Virus record (IMG/VR): IMGVR_UViG_3300026196_000005
Reading direction: 5' to 3' (one strand)
Source of the DNA: a virus
Length of the DNA stretch: 64,000 nt
The notes below the pieces were generated by a model. The model saw only the letters and a list, made by a program, of their open reading frames with translations. It was not told the DNA's origin and ran no database searches. Every line of letters begins with the position of its first letter. Within the stretch, counting starts at the first letter, position 1. Shown here in pieces: positions 26,622 through 34,340 of the stretch. The position numbers and the translations under genes are program-made.

Positions 26622-27339
26622 CCATTTATCATACTCATCTATCAGTAAATATCTAAAATGCGGCAAACAATGGAAATATCGTTATTTGGATAAGCTGCAA
26701 GAGGAAAGCAGCGATGCGCTTTTGTTTGGCAGCGCGTGGCATAAATTAATCAGGCAACATTTAGAGCATGATGTTACATTGGCAGATACTTGGCAAGAAA
26801 ATGCGCTAGAAAATGGTCTAACTGAGGAAATGAATCTGCTAGGTCAAAAAATGCTTACCTCACCCGATATTGTGCAAACCATACAGGGTTTAAGCATCAA
26901 TCCAGAATCATTGGAAATGAAAACAGAGCTACATATACCAGGCGTATCGGTTCCTATTGTTGGCTACATTGACATGATTCAAAAAGACGGCATTCCAATT
27001 GATATTAAAACCAGCGGCAAAAAATGGTCACAAGAGCAAGCCGATGCCAGTTTGCAACCAACATTTTACCTAGCAGCTTTAGAACAATTACAAATGATTA
27101 AATTGCCTGCCACATTTCGCTATATCGTATTCACCAAAACGAAAAATCCAGCCGTGCAAATTCTGGAAACAACACGAACGCATGAGGATGTTTTTGCCCT
27201 GTATGGATTGGTTAATGAAGTGTGGCAAGCAATCCAAAAAGAAGTATTCACACCGACCGATCCGGCTAATTGGTGGTGTCATCATAAATATTGTGGATTT
27301 TGGGATATTTGCGAATATGGAGGAAAGAATGGACGATAA
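26593..27339 (+). CDS. PD-(D/E)XK exonuclease, Cas4/RecB-like with C-terminal Cys cluster
   Basis: YSSISKYLKCGKQWKYRY (N-terminal Cys), GYIDMI...IDIKTS (D...D/ExK), C-terminal WWCHHKYCGFWDIC (Fe-S-type Cys triad). Confidence 0.7.
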   Translation: MKNMVNPMIDHLSYSSISKYLKCGKQWKYRYLDKLQEESSDALLFGSAWHKLIRQHLEHDVTLADTWQENALENGLTEEMNLLGQKMLTSPDIVQTIQGLSINPESLEMKTELHIPGVSVPIVGYIDMIQKDGIPIDIKTSGKKWSQEQADASLQPTFYLAALEQLQMIKLPATFRYIVFTKTKNPAVQILETTRTHEDVFALYGLVNEVWQAIQKEVFTPTDPANWWCHHKYCGFWDICEYGGKNGR

Positions 27340-27613
27340 ACCACAATACCGGACTACGCATTACAATTATAAAGCGTGGCAAATTGAGCAACTTGTTATT
27401 CCTAGTGAAGATGCGAAAAATCAGGAACAATACTGGCGAATTATTAAGTATCCTGGCAGCTTGCAGAATGCCGTTAGGGGCATGTTAGACTTACATGCGG
27501 ATGGTTTTACCATTCAGGCGGTTAACGATGTAGAAGCGGCTCTAAACAGCGCAGAGAAGCGAATTATGAATGCTTTGGATGAGTTGTTTCAGGCCAGAGA
27601 CAATAGCGGGTAA
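27329..27613 (+). CDS. hypothetical protein
   Basis: GGAGG lies 5 nt before ATG 27329. The longer ORF-track start (27182) lies inside the previous gene. Confidence 0.35.
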   Translation: MDDKPQYRTTHYNYKAWQIEQLVIPSEDAKNQEQYWRIIKYPGSLQNAVRGMLDLHADGFTIQAVNDVEAALNSAEKRIMNALDELFQARDNSG

Positions 27614-27695
27614 TGCGTAGAGCGGTTTTTGTGGCCTATGGGTGGTATCTATCCTGTTTGCCATTAAAACCGCTCTAATCATCACAGGAGATGCA

Positions 27696-27878
27696 ATGAA
27701 GATAAATAATTGCCCATTTTGCAATGAACCAAAAGACGGAAATGACGTGTTAGATATTGGACATTTGGCCTTTTGTGTTCACTGCTCAAAATGCCGATGC
27801 TATGGGCCAAATGCGGAAAGCCAGGAAATGGCGATTGAAAAATGGAATGAAGCGGGAAAAGATGAAACTAGAAATTAG
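27696..27878 (+). CDS. Lar-family restriction-alleviation-like zinc protein
   Basis: NNCPFCN...CVHCSKCRCYGPN...EMAIEKWN matches the Lar pattern (CPFCG...C..C...gp...eAi..WN); AGGAG RBS before ATG 27696. Confidence 0.5.
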   Translation: MKINNCPFCNEPKDGNDVLDIGHLAFCVHCSKCRCYGPNAESQEMAIEKWNEAGKDETRN

Positions 27879-28707
27879 ACACACTATACAGGGTATAGAA
27901 TACTACTCGCCTTATGACAAGGGATTAGTTGCCGGCCTGAAAAGCAAAATACCGCAAAATGAAAGGCAACCTGCATATGTCAATGGTAAATTTAGTCATT
28001 GGCTGGTTCACAACCGCCATAAGAAACTTTTGGATGATTTGAGCATGGTTCATTTCGGCAATTATCCTGATGTTATCGGAGTGCCAAAACCGGAAAACAC
28101 AGGGCCGATTGTTAAGCTTTTACGAGTGAAATACATAGGCGCACCAAAAGATCGCGGCGGTGGTAACAATCTATCATTTGCTTTAGATTTTGATGGCAAT
28201 TGGAATACTGTATTTTCAGAGGATGTTTTGCGAGATTGGTTTGATTGTGGCATTGGTGGTCAAACTGGAAAATCTAATTACGAAACCCTGTATGGTTTGT
28301 TGGTTGTTTCCCGCAATGCAACGGATGATGAAATTAAAAAAGGTTATCGGCGCATGGCTAAACGATTCCATCCCGACGTATGCAAAGATGATGATGCTGA
28401 TGAAATGTTTCGTAAAGTGCAAGATGCCTATGAAACTTTATCTAATCCAATGATGCGCCGTAAATATGATGCTGGCTTGACATTGACTGCCAGTCTTGAA
28501 AATCAGCCTGATTATGGTTGGCAAAAAAATGATAACTTTTACCGTCCGCCGTTGCGCTGTGGCTTAATTATGGCAACGGGGAAAGAGGAAGTTGGACGTT
28601 TTGTAATCGAGAAGATTATGAAATGGGAGCCAATTAAGCGCGGCTATATGGAGCTTGTTACGTCATTCGACAAGACAACAAAGTCAATTGTTGAAGAATG
28701 GATTTAG
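27862..28707 (+). CDS. J-domain (DnaJ-like) protein
   Basis: YGLLVVSRNATDDEIKKGYRRMAKRFHPDVCKDDDADEMFRKVQDAYETLSNPMMRRKYD carries the HPD motif. Likely start is ATG 27862. Confidence 0.8.
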   Translation: MKLEIRHTIQGIEYYSPYDKGLVAGLKSKIPQNERQPAYVNGKFSHWLVHNRHKKLLDDLSMVHFGNYPDVIGVPKPENTGPIVKLLRVKYIGAPKDRGGGNNLSFALDFDGNWNTVFSEDVLRDWFDCGIGGQTGKSNYETLYGLLVVSRNATDDEIKKGYRRMAKRFHPDVCKDDDADEMFRKVQDAYETLSNPMMRRKYDAGLTLTASLENQPDYGWQKNDNFYRPPLRCGLIMATGKEEVGRFVIEKIMKWEPIKRGYMELVTSFDKTTKSIVEEWI

Positions 28708-28715
28708 GTATTGCA

Positions 28716-28890
28716 ATGGCTTACCAGTGGTGCTATAATGGCACAATACCGCCAAGTTAACAGACTTTTTAATTTACTAAACCAAAATCAAAGATTATAA
28801 AGTTTGTTGTACAACCGCATACGCCTAAACAGCGGGGCAATATGTAAGACTTGGCGGTCTAAAAAACATATTGTCCCGCTTGTTTTTTAT
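28716..28890 (+). promoter_or_regulatory. promoter (TTGCAA-N17-TATAAT, extended TGC) plus structured leader/small RNA ending in a terminator hairpin
   Basis: GCGGGGCAATATGT (28832-28845) pairs with ACATATTGTCCCGC (28866-28879), then TTGTTTTTT. ACCGCCAAGT (28748-28757) is perfectly complementary to ACTTGGCGGT (28849-28858) in the terminator loop. Confidence 0.45.
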
Positions 28891-28903
28891 ACAGGAGAAT
28901 GAA

Positions 28904-29458
28904 ATGAGTAAAGCAATCATACCGGGTAGCCTCTCACACATAGCAAAACGAGAAAATCAATCATTGGCCGAATCGTTTTTGAGTGCGGAAATTGTTATCC
29001 TGTTAGATGATTCTGGAAGCATGACAACAAAAGACGCGCCAAACGACATGTCAAGAAAAGAAGCTGCAAAAGCAGAACTTAAGCGATTGCAAAAACAACA
29101 TCCCGGCAAAATTGCATTGATTTGTTTTGCTGATGATGTTGTTTTTTGTCCACATGGCGACGTGCAATATTGCGGTGGCAGTACCGATATGGCTAAGGCA
29201 TTGCAATTTGTAAAAGTAGCTGATGATTGTGGTTTAAAAATCATTCTAGTGTCAGATGGTGCGCCAAATGATGAACGGGAAACATTGAAAGTGGCGGCTA
29301 CTTTTACAAGCCGGATTGATTGTATTTACATTGGCCGTGAAGGTGGCAGTGGTCAAGAGTTTTTAGACAAACTTATGAGTGTTACGGGTGGGAAGCGGTT
29401 TGAAGCGGATGCGCCCGGTATGTTGGGGGCAGGCGTAGAATTGTTGTTAAAAGGTTAA
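28904..29458 (+). CDS. von Willebrand factor A (vWA) domain protein
   Basis: MIDAS motif VILLDDSGSMT; later ILVSDGAPND; AGGAG RBS before ATG 28904. Confidence 0.7.
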   Translation: MSKAIIPGSLSHIAKRENQSLAESFLSAEIVILLDDSGSMTTKDAPNDMSRKEAAKAELKRLQKQHPGKIALICFADDVVFCPHGDVQYCGGSTDMAKALQFVKVADDCGLKIILVSDGAPNDERETLKVAATFTSRIDCIYIGREGGSGQEFLDKLMSVTGGKRFEADAPGMLGAGVELLLKG

Positions 29459-29459
29459 A

Positions 29460-30308
29460 ATGCTAATTAGAGATCATTTTCAAAACTTCAAAGGCTACCA
29501 AATACCACGCGCTCAACTGGTAATTGCTGACATTCCGTACAACATAGGGATTGACGCCTACGGCTCTAACCCACAATGGTATGTCGATGGCGACAATAGC
29601 AATGGGCAATCCGAGCTTGCGGGTAAAAAGTTTTTTGCAACGGATGACAACTTTAACTCAAATGAGTTCATGCACTTTTGTAGTAAGCTGATGAAGAAGG
29701 AGCCAAAAGAACGAGGGCAAGCCCCCTGCATGATTGTTTTTTGTTCCTTTGAGCAACAGCCGGGAATTATAGAGCTAGCCAAAAAGTACGACATTAATAA
29801 TTATATTAATCTTGTTTTTCGCAAAAACTTTAGTGCGCAGGTGCTGAAGGCGAATATGCGGGTAGTGGGTAATGCAGAGTACGCGCTAATCCTTTATCGT
29901 GACAAGCTGCCAAAGTTTAACAATAACGGCAAGATGGTTTTTAATGTTATGAACTGGATTAGTGACGATACGAAAAGTCCGTTATACCGCAAGATACATC
30001 CGACCCAAAAGCCTGTAAAACTGTTAGAGCGGTTGATTGAAATCTTTACAGACGAAGGCGACGTAGTGATCGATCCGGTTGCTGGAAGTGGGTCTACCAT
30101 TATTGCGGCTGAAAATTTAGGACGTAAGGGATATGGTTTTGAAATAGATAAAAATTTATATGCCGATGGGAAAAAGTGGGTTGATGACTACACCAAATAC
30201 CGTGAAGAAATTAAGGCATATGGGTTTTCTCCCACATTAATGAAAGAGCAAAATCCAGGTCAACAAAACTTATTTGATGTGTTGCTTACAAAAAATAATA
30301 CAGAATAG
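29460..30308 (+). CDS. DNA N6-adenine/N4-cytosine methyltransferase (beta-class, N6_N4_Mtase-like)
   Basis: Motif IV-like IADIPYN precedes motif I VIDPVAGSGSTIIAAENLGRKGYGFEID. Confidence 0.85.
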   Translation: MLIRDHFQNFKGYQIPRAQLVIADIPYNIGIDAYGSNPQWYVDGDNSNGQSELAGKKFFATDDNFNSNEFMHFCSKLMKKEPKERGQAPCMIVFCSFEQQPGIIELAKKYDINNYINLVFRKNFSAQVLKANMRVVGNAEYALILYRDKLPKFNNNGKMVFNVMNWISDDTKSPLYRKIHPTQKPVKLLERLIEIFTDEGDVVIDPVAGSGSTIIAAENLGRKGYGFEIDKNLYADGKKWVDDYTKYREEIKAYGFSPTLMKEQNPGQQNLFDVLLTKNNTE

Positions 30309-30348
30309 ATTTATTGTCTTGAATTGGCAAATATGATAAAATATTAAG

Positions 30349-30894
30349 ATGGTATGGAAACCGGAATACGCAAAAAGTAGACGAGAAAAATATCAATCCG
30401 ATCCAGAGGAACGCGCTAGGCGAAAGGCTCAAAGTCGCTTGCCAGAAGAAAACAAGAAATACATGCGCCAATACTATCAAGAAAACAAAGAACGATGGGT
30501 AGAATGGCAAGAAGATTACAAAGAAGAGAAAAATAGGCGCAGAAGGGAACGATATGCAAACGATCCTGAATATCGTGAAAAGTGCCTAGAAGCCTCAAAA
30601 AACAGAAGCAAACGTAGCCGAATAAACACTAGACTTAAATCGGCATTTGGAATTGACATAGAAGATTATGAAAAAATGCTTGAAAAACAAAATGGCACAT
30701 GTGCTATTTGTGGAGCTACACAAGCTGATGCAAGAAAACACAGATTACATGTAGATCACTGTCATGATACTGGCAAGGTAAGAGGATTGCTTTGCTCAAA
30801 TTGCAATATGGGATTAGGTAAATTTCAAGATGATTTACAACTTCTGAAAAATGCCGTTAGCTATTTAGAAAACCCAACATGGAATGGAAAATGA
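30349..30894 (+). CDS. endonuclease VII-family (His-Me finger) nuclease with basic repeat N-domain
   Basis: HVDHCHDTGKVRGLLCSNCNMGLGKF plus an upstream CAICG; the N-terminus is rich in K/R/E/Y repeats. Confidence 0.75.
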   Translation: MVWKPEYAKSRREKYQSDPEERARRKAQSRLPEENKKYMRQYYQENKERWVEWQEDYKEEKNRRRRERYANDPEYREKCLEASKNRSKRSRINTRLKSAFGIDIEDYEKMLEKQNGTCAICGATQADARKHRLHVDHCHDTGKVRGLLCSNCNMGLGKFQDDLQLLKNAVSYLENPTWNGK

Positions 30895-31193
30895 ATCAAC
30901 CAGACAAATACCAAAAAAGATGCCTAACAACGTGGTTTGATGACAAAATACCAATGAAAGATCATATGTTGCATGTAGCCATCGGCATGGCAAGCGAGGC
31001 GGGTGAGTTTGCCTCATTAGTGGATAAGCAAGCCTATAAACCATCTAAGAAAATCACTAGGGAGCAAATGATTGATGAGTTAGGAGATTTGTTTTACAAC
31101 GTGGTTATTGCGGCTTATTTGTTGGGCATTACAGTAGATGAGCTTGATGCGGCCAATGCAGAGAAATTAAAGGACGGTCACGGCTGGATTTAG
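30879..31193 (+). CDS. mazG: MazG-like nucleotide pyrophosphohydrolase
   Basis: GMASEAGEFASLVDK...ELGDLFYNVV...ELDAANAEKL; ~100 aa single MazG domain. Confidence 0.75.
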   Translation: MEWKMNQPDKYQKRCLTTWFDDKIPMKDHMLHVAIGMASEAGEFASLVDKQAYKPSKKITREQMIDELGDLFYNVVIAAYLLGITVDELDAANAEKLKDGHGWI

Positions 31194-31234
31194 AAAATAA
31201 CGAGAAATAAGCAAAATAAAACGGAATTATATAC

Positions 31235-31263
31235 TTGACAAAACCAAGCTAAAATGCTAAAAT
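31235..31263 (+). promoter_or_regulatory. near-consensus sigma70 promoter
   Basis: TTGACA (31235-31240)-N17-TAAAAT (31258-31263). Confidence 0.6.
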
Positions 31264-31269
31264 AGGTGC

Positions 31270-31570
31270 ATATTAGTTAAAGGGTGTAAATCCTAGCCCT
31301 TACCGTTTGTTCCCCCACTAGCCAAAAATCAACCAGTGGGGGTTAGCGACGATATGACCGCAATAATTACGGCCGTTGGTGTGATAATCACGAGGATTAA
31401 CACGGTGGCACCTCCGTTTGGAGGATTAAAACCGCGTGGCACTGTCAACAGTTTACAAACTATTGACAATGGTGATGCACTTCCATATACTTTGTGTGAC
31501 CAGCAAAAAGCATATGGTGATTTTAATCACCCCGCTATAAGAGTCTCGCCCTGTGCGAGGCTTTTGTTTT
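31270..31570 (+). ncRNA. candidate ~300-nt structured noncoding RNA (unknown class)
   Basis: Strong promoter upstream. Hairpins CCCCCACT...AGTGGGGG (31313-31343) and GGTGATTTTAATCACC (~31516-31531). Ends in a weak hairpin plus CTTTTGTTTT (31544-31570). The only ORF (31336..31572) lacks an RBS. Confidence 0.4.
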
Positions 31571-31618
31571 GACACCTCAATTGTACTTCCCAAAGTTTTG
31601 ATGTAAAGGGTCAACACA

Positions 31619-31735
31619 GATCATTGACAGATCGTTTCTTTTTTGATTTGAAAGGATCGGAAATGATCAGTGTCAATAACTAAATGATCTAAATTGATCA
31701 GAAATGATCAAAAAATCCCTCGATCATTTCTGATC
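31619..31735. repeat. GATC cluster with AAATGATC iterations
   Basis: 9 GATC sites in 117 bp (31619, 31630, 31655, 31665, 31686, 31696, 31706, 31722, 31732). AAATGATC-type units x4 direct plus inverted copies. The last part forms a 10-bp hairpin, AGAAATGATC/GATCATTTCT. Confidence 0.9.
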
Positions 31736-31755
31736 GTTTTTGTCTAAAATAGCAT

Positions 31756-32025
31756 TCATGGCTTTTTCATTTTCACAAAGCTATGAAGGAACGCTTCTAC
31801 TTGAAAGCCGACCACCTCTTTTGTATCGGGTCGATATAAAAGAGCTACATGATCATCGATGTAATGAACAACTGTTTCAATCGTATTCGGTACAAAGGTC
31901 AACATTAAGTTATCACTATATGCATCATAGCGCATAAACGTAAACTGACCTTGCTCAACATATTTTGCGAGTTTTGTTGTCTTCAAGGATGCGGTATCAA
32001 CTAATCGCTCTTGGGCCATATCCAA
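31756..32025 (-). CDS. DUF2283-like small protein (candidate antitoxin)
   Basis: YDAYSDNLMLTFVPN...VVGFQVEAF resembles the YDxExD...GiEi pattern of DUF2283; overlaps the upstream gene by 25 nt. Confidence 0.4.
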   Translation of the reverse strand: MDMAQERLVDTASLKTTKLAKYVEQGQFTFMRYDAYSDNLMLTFVPNTIETVVHYIDDHVALLYRPDTKEVVGFQVEAFLHSFVKMKKP

Positions 32026-32342
32026 ACCTCCCCTTCTTTTGTCGAATCTGTCGGGAATGCAGTTATCACTTGATCTGGTTCGGTATCTGAAACCTTAACT
32101 ACAACTTTTAGCAAACGTCCTTTCTTTGTTTGCCGTTTATAATAAACATGCCGATCTTCAAAATCGGGGTCTTGAAATATACCATACGTGGGGGCTTTAA
32201 TTACTGCAATAATCCTTTGTTCCCAGTTCTCCATCCAAGCTCTACTAGCTAAGATATGTTCATACCAGCAACGCTTTGTGCAAATTACTGTACGCCCTCT
32301 AGGGTCTATTGTTTCAAATAAAGTATCATTGCGTACAGACAC
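32001..32342 (-). CDS. DUF4258/RelE-barnase-fold-like small protein (candidate toxin)
   Basis: 113-aa protein paired and overlapping with a DUF2283-like gene. The assignment rests mainly on gene-pair architecture. Confidence 0.35.
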   Translation of the reverse strand: MSVRNDTLFETIDPRGRTVICTKRCWYEHILASRAWMENWEQRIIAVIKAPTYGIFQDPDFEDRHVYYKRQTKKGRLLKVVVKVSDTEPDQVITAFPTDSTKEGEVWIWPKSD

Positions 32343-32497
32343 TCATCCTACCCCTGTTACATTAAATAAACGATTAAGATTCGACTTTTACTGCATTTTG
32401 AGGACGCAACAGAACATATAATCACTTTACATTATACAATAGGTGTTGTCAACATTTCCACAACTGGCCTTAATGTGGGTTTGCGAAGTATATAAAT

Positions 32498-32530
32498 CCG
32501 AAATAAAAACCCTCTTAATCGAGGGTTTTT
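32498..32530. terminator. bidirectional hairpin terminator
   Basis: AAAAACCCTC TTAATC GAGGGTTTTTTT, with A-run and T-run flanks, at the 3' end of 32531..32968. Confidence 0.6.
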
Positions 32531-32968
32531 TTATTCGTTCAAAAATTCTATTCTTGATTTTGGGTAATCGTCTGGCATCTCCGAAAGTTTTACTTGTTTC
32601 ACAAGTAATCCCCCTGCAATCCATGTTAATGTTTTCTGCTCAATTTCTGCACGTTTTCTAAAACGGTTTAGTGCTGCGTGTACAATTTCGCCATTACCAT
32701 CTAATCCGACTGTCACGGTACGGCCATTCACGCCTGAGGCGTGTCCCTGGACTGGTTGACGGCCATCTGAGACAACAATGGGTATAACCTCCATAATTGC
32801 CACATAACGCAGCGTGTCCGATAGATACAAATCAACAGCACGGTCAAAACTTTCAACACTGCGAGGTTGCAAATGGCCGGAGCCATCTTTTGACCAAACA
32901 ACAAATGGGCCTTCACATTCAGGGTATAAGGTAGGCATTGCTTGATTATACCTTATTTGTGCGCTCAT
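32531..32968 (-). CDS. hypothetical protein
   Basis: 145-aa ORF with protein-like composition; no motif recognised. Confidence 0.4.
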   Translation of the reverse strand: MSAQIRYNQAMPTLYPECEGPFVVWSKDGSGHLQPRSVESFDRAVDLYLSDTLRYVAIMEVIPIVVSDGRQPVQGHASGVNGRTVTVGLDGNGEIVHAALNRFRKRAEIEQKTLTWIAGGLLVKQVKLSEMPDDYPKSRIEFLNE

Positions 32969-33154
32969 AGGGAAATTGACATTGATACGTAATAGCGACC
33001 GGGGCGCATTTGTGAAGGCGTGAATACTGTTGCAACGGTTAATCCGATAGCGTCTAAGAAGCAGCTAAAATCCTCAAACCATACCGGGTTATAGGTATAG
33101 GTGCGGGATGTTAGTTTTTTGCCCTGTATGAGGGGTAAAAGAAAAGCAAATAGC

Positions 33155-33925
33155 TTATGCAAGTTCTTTAGTATGACCATTTGAATACACCTCTACCTTT
33201 GTACCCTTACACCAAGCCTTGTGACCATTCAAGCCCTTGATCCCATTTACCATTTTGCCGCAATCTGGGCAAGCAATTTGTTCTGTCTTTTGCTTTGCCT
33301 CTGCTTTGCTTTTGCTTGTCGGTTTGCTCTCCGGTTTGTTTGTCGCTTGCACTGGTTTTGCTTGCTTATTTTGCTCTTCAATCTGCTGCTGTAAACCCTG
33401 TATTGTTTTGGCTAATTCAGTATTCTTTTGCTTAAGTTCATTATATCTCTTTGTTAATGCGCCTAGTTTGCCCTGTGCTGTTTTTTCTGCTTTGTATTCA
33501 GCTTCACTTGCTAGGCGCATTTTGTGCATTTGTCGGATGGATAAAGTAACAGCGGCAGGAATGCTAACCAGAGATAAAAGAGCTTTTGCAATAATAACTT
33601 TGTGTTGGATTTCCAGGTCTAAAATGATGTTAACCATAACAACAATAATTAAGTAAAGCAAAGCCATGCAAACCATAATTATTGATTCTGTTTTGGGTTG
33701 ATTTTGCTTGTGAGTTTTTGTATATTCAATTAAGCTCAAAGCGGTATGAACGGATGCAAGCCCTAATCCTTCTACAACAGCAGCAACCAACAAAGCAAAA
33801 TACCATTTGTCTGTTAGATAAACTAGCGAATTAATATAAGCAAACATAGCCGGAATACCAGGCGCAAGCCAAGGGACAAACCGAGCTACATTGTCAATTA
33901 GATTTTGTTCTGAATACCATTTCAT
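33155..33925 (-). CDS. multi-TM membrane protein with coiled coil and C-terminal zinc-finger
   Basis: 4 TM helices, a KQK/E-rich coiled coil, and CPDCGKMVNGIKGLNGHKAWC. Start set at MKWY, preceded by AGGAGTGATTTT. Confidence 0.45.
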   Translation of the reverse strand: MKWYSEQNLIDNVARFVPWLAPGIPAMFAYINSLVYLTDKWYFALLVAAVVEGLGLASVHTALSLIEYTKTHKQNQPKTESIIMVCMALLYLIIVVMVNIILDLEIQHKVIIAKALLSLVSIPAAVTLSIRQMHKMRLASEAEYKAEKTAQGKLGALTKRYNELKQKNTELAKTIQGLQQQIEEQNKQAKPVQATNKPESKPTSKSKAEAKQKTEQIACPDCGKMVNGIKGLNGHKAWCKGTKVEVYSNGHTKELA

Positions 33926-33935
33926 AAAATCACTC

Positions 33936-34340
33936 CTAAACAAGATAAAAACCAGCTTTTTCTAATCTTTCACCAGTTGCATATGGAATTAAAAACGGCC
34001 ATTCGTAAATCGAGTAATCAGTATGATTTTCAAATCCCGTAATATCACAAAGTGGCTCAGGATACATTTCATCCCACACATTAGAATCATTGCCATCGTA
34101 TAAAGCTCCCCAATGCAAATCCCACCCTTCGCCAGTATAATAAGCAATTGGTACGATTTTTTTGTATTCTTTTGGTAAATCAATTTTAGGCGGCTTATTA
34201 CGTCGCCAAAATCCAGGTTTTATCGGATTAAACCGATTGCCAATTTTCTCATAAATAATTCCCCATTTTCCTTCGCCATATCGAATATCAAATACCAATC
34301 TGTATTTGATATAAAAATAAAAACGTCTTAACTTTTTCAT
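33936..34340 (-). CDS. hypothetical protein
   Basis: Start set at MKKLRRF, preceded by the same 20-nt initiation region (TTTAGGAGTGATTTTATGAA) as the downstream gene. Confidence 0.4.
   Translation of the reverse strand: MKKLRRFYFYIKYRLVFDIRYGEGKWGIIYEKIGNRFNPIKPGFWRRNKPPKIDLPKEYKKIVPIAYYTGEGWDLHWGALYDGNDSNVWDEMYPEPLCDITGFENHTDYSIYEWPFLIPYATGERLEKAGFYLV

Noticed and set aside
27182-27328. N-terminal extensions of several ORF-track entries (27182, 27642, 27757, 28871, 42477, 42724, 46723, 62646, 33943, 34376, 39630)
   Set aside because: The extensions overlap the preceding genes and lack RBSs. Internal ATGs preceded by AGGAG/GGAGG give compact, non-overlapping genes.
31336-31572. 78-aa ORF inside the 31.3-kb structured region
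   Set aside because: It has a GTG start, no Shine-Dalgarno sequence (nearly all real genes here have AGGAG/GGAGG) and an odd composition. The region has a promoter-hairpins-terminator layout, so it is treated as an ncRNA candidate.
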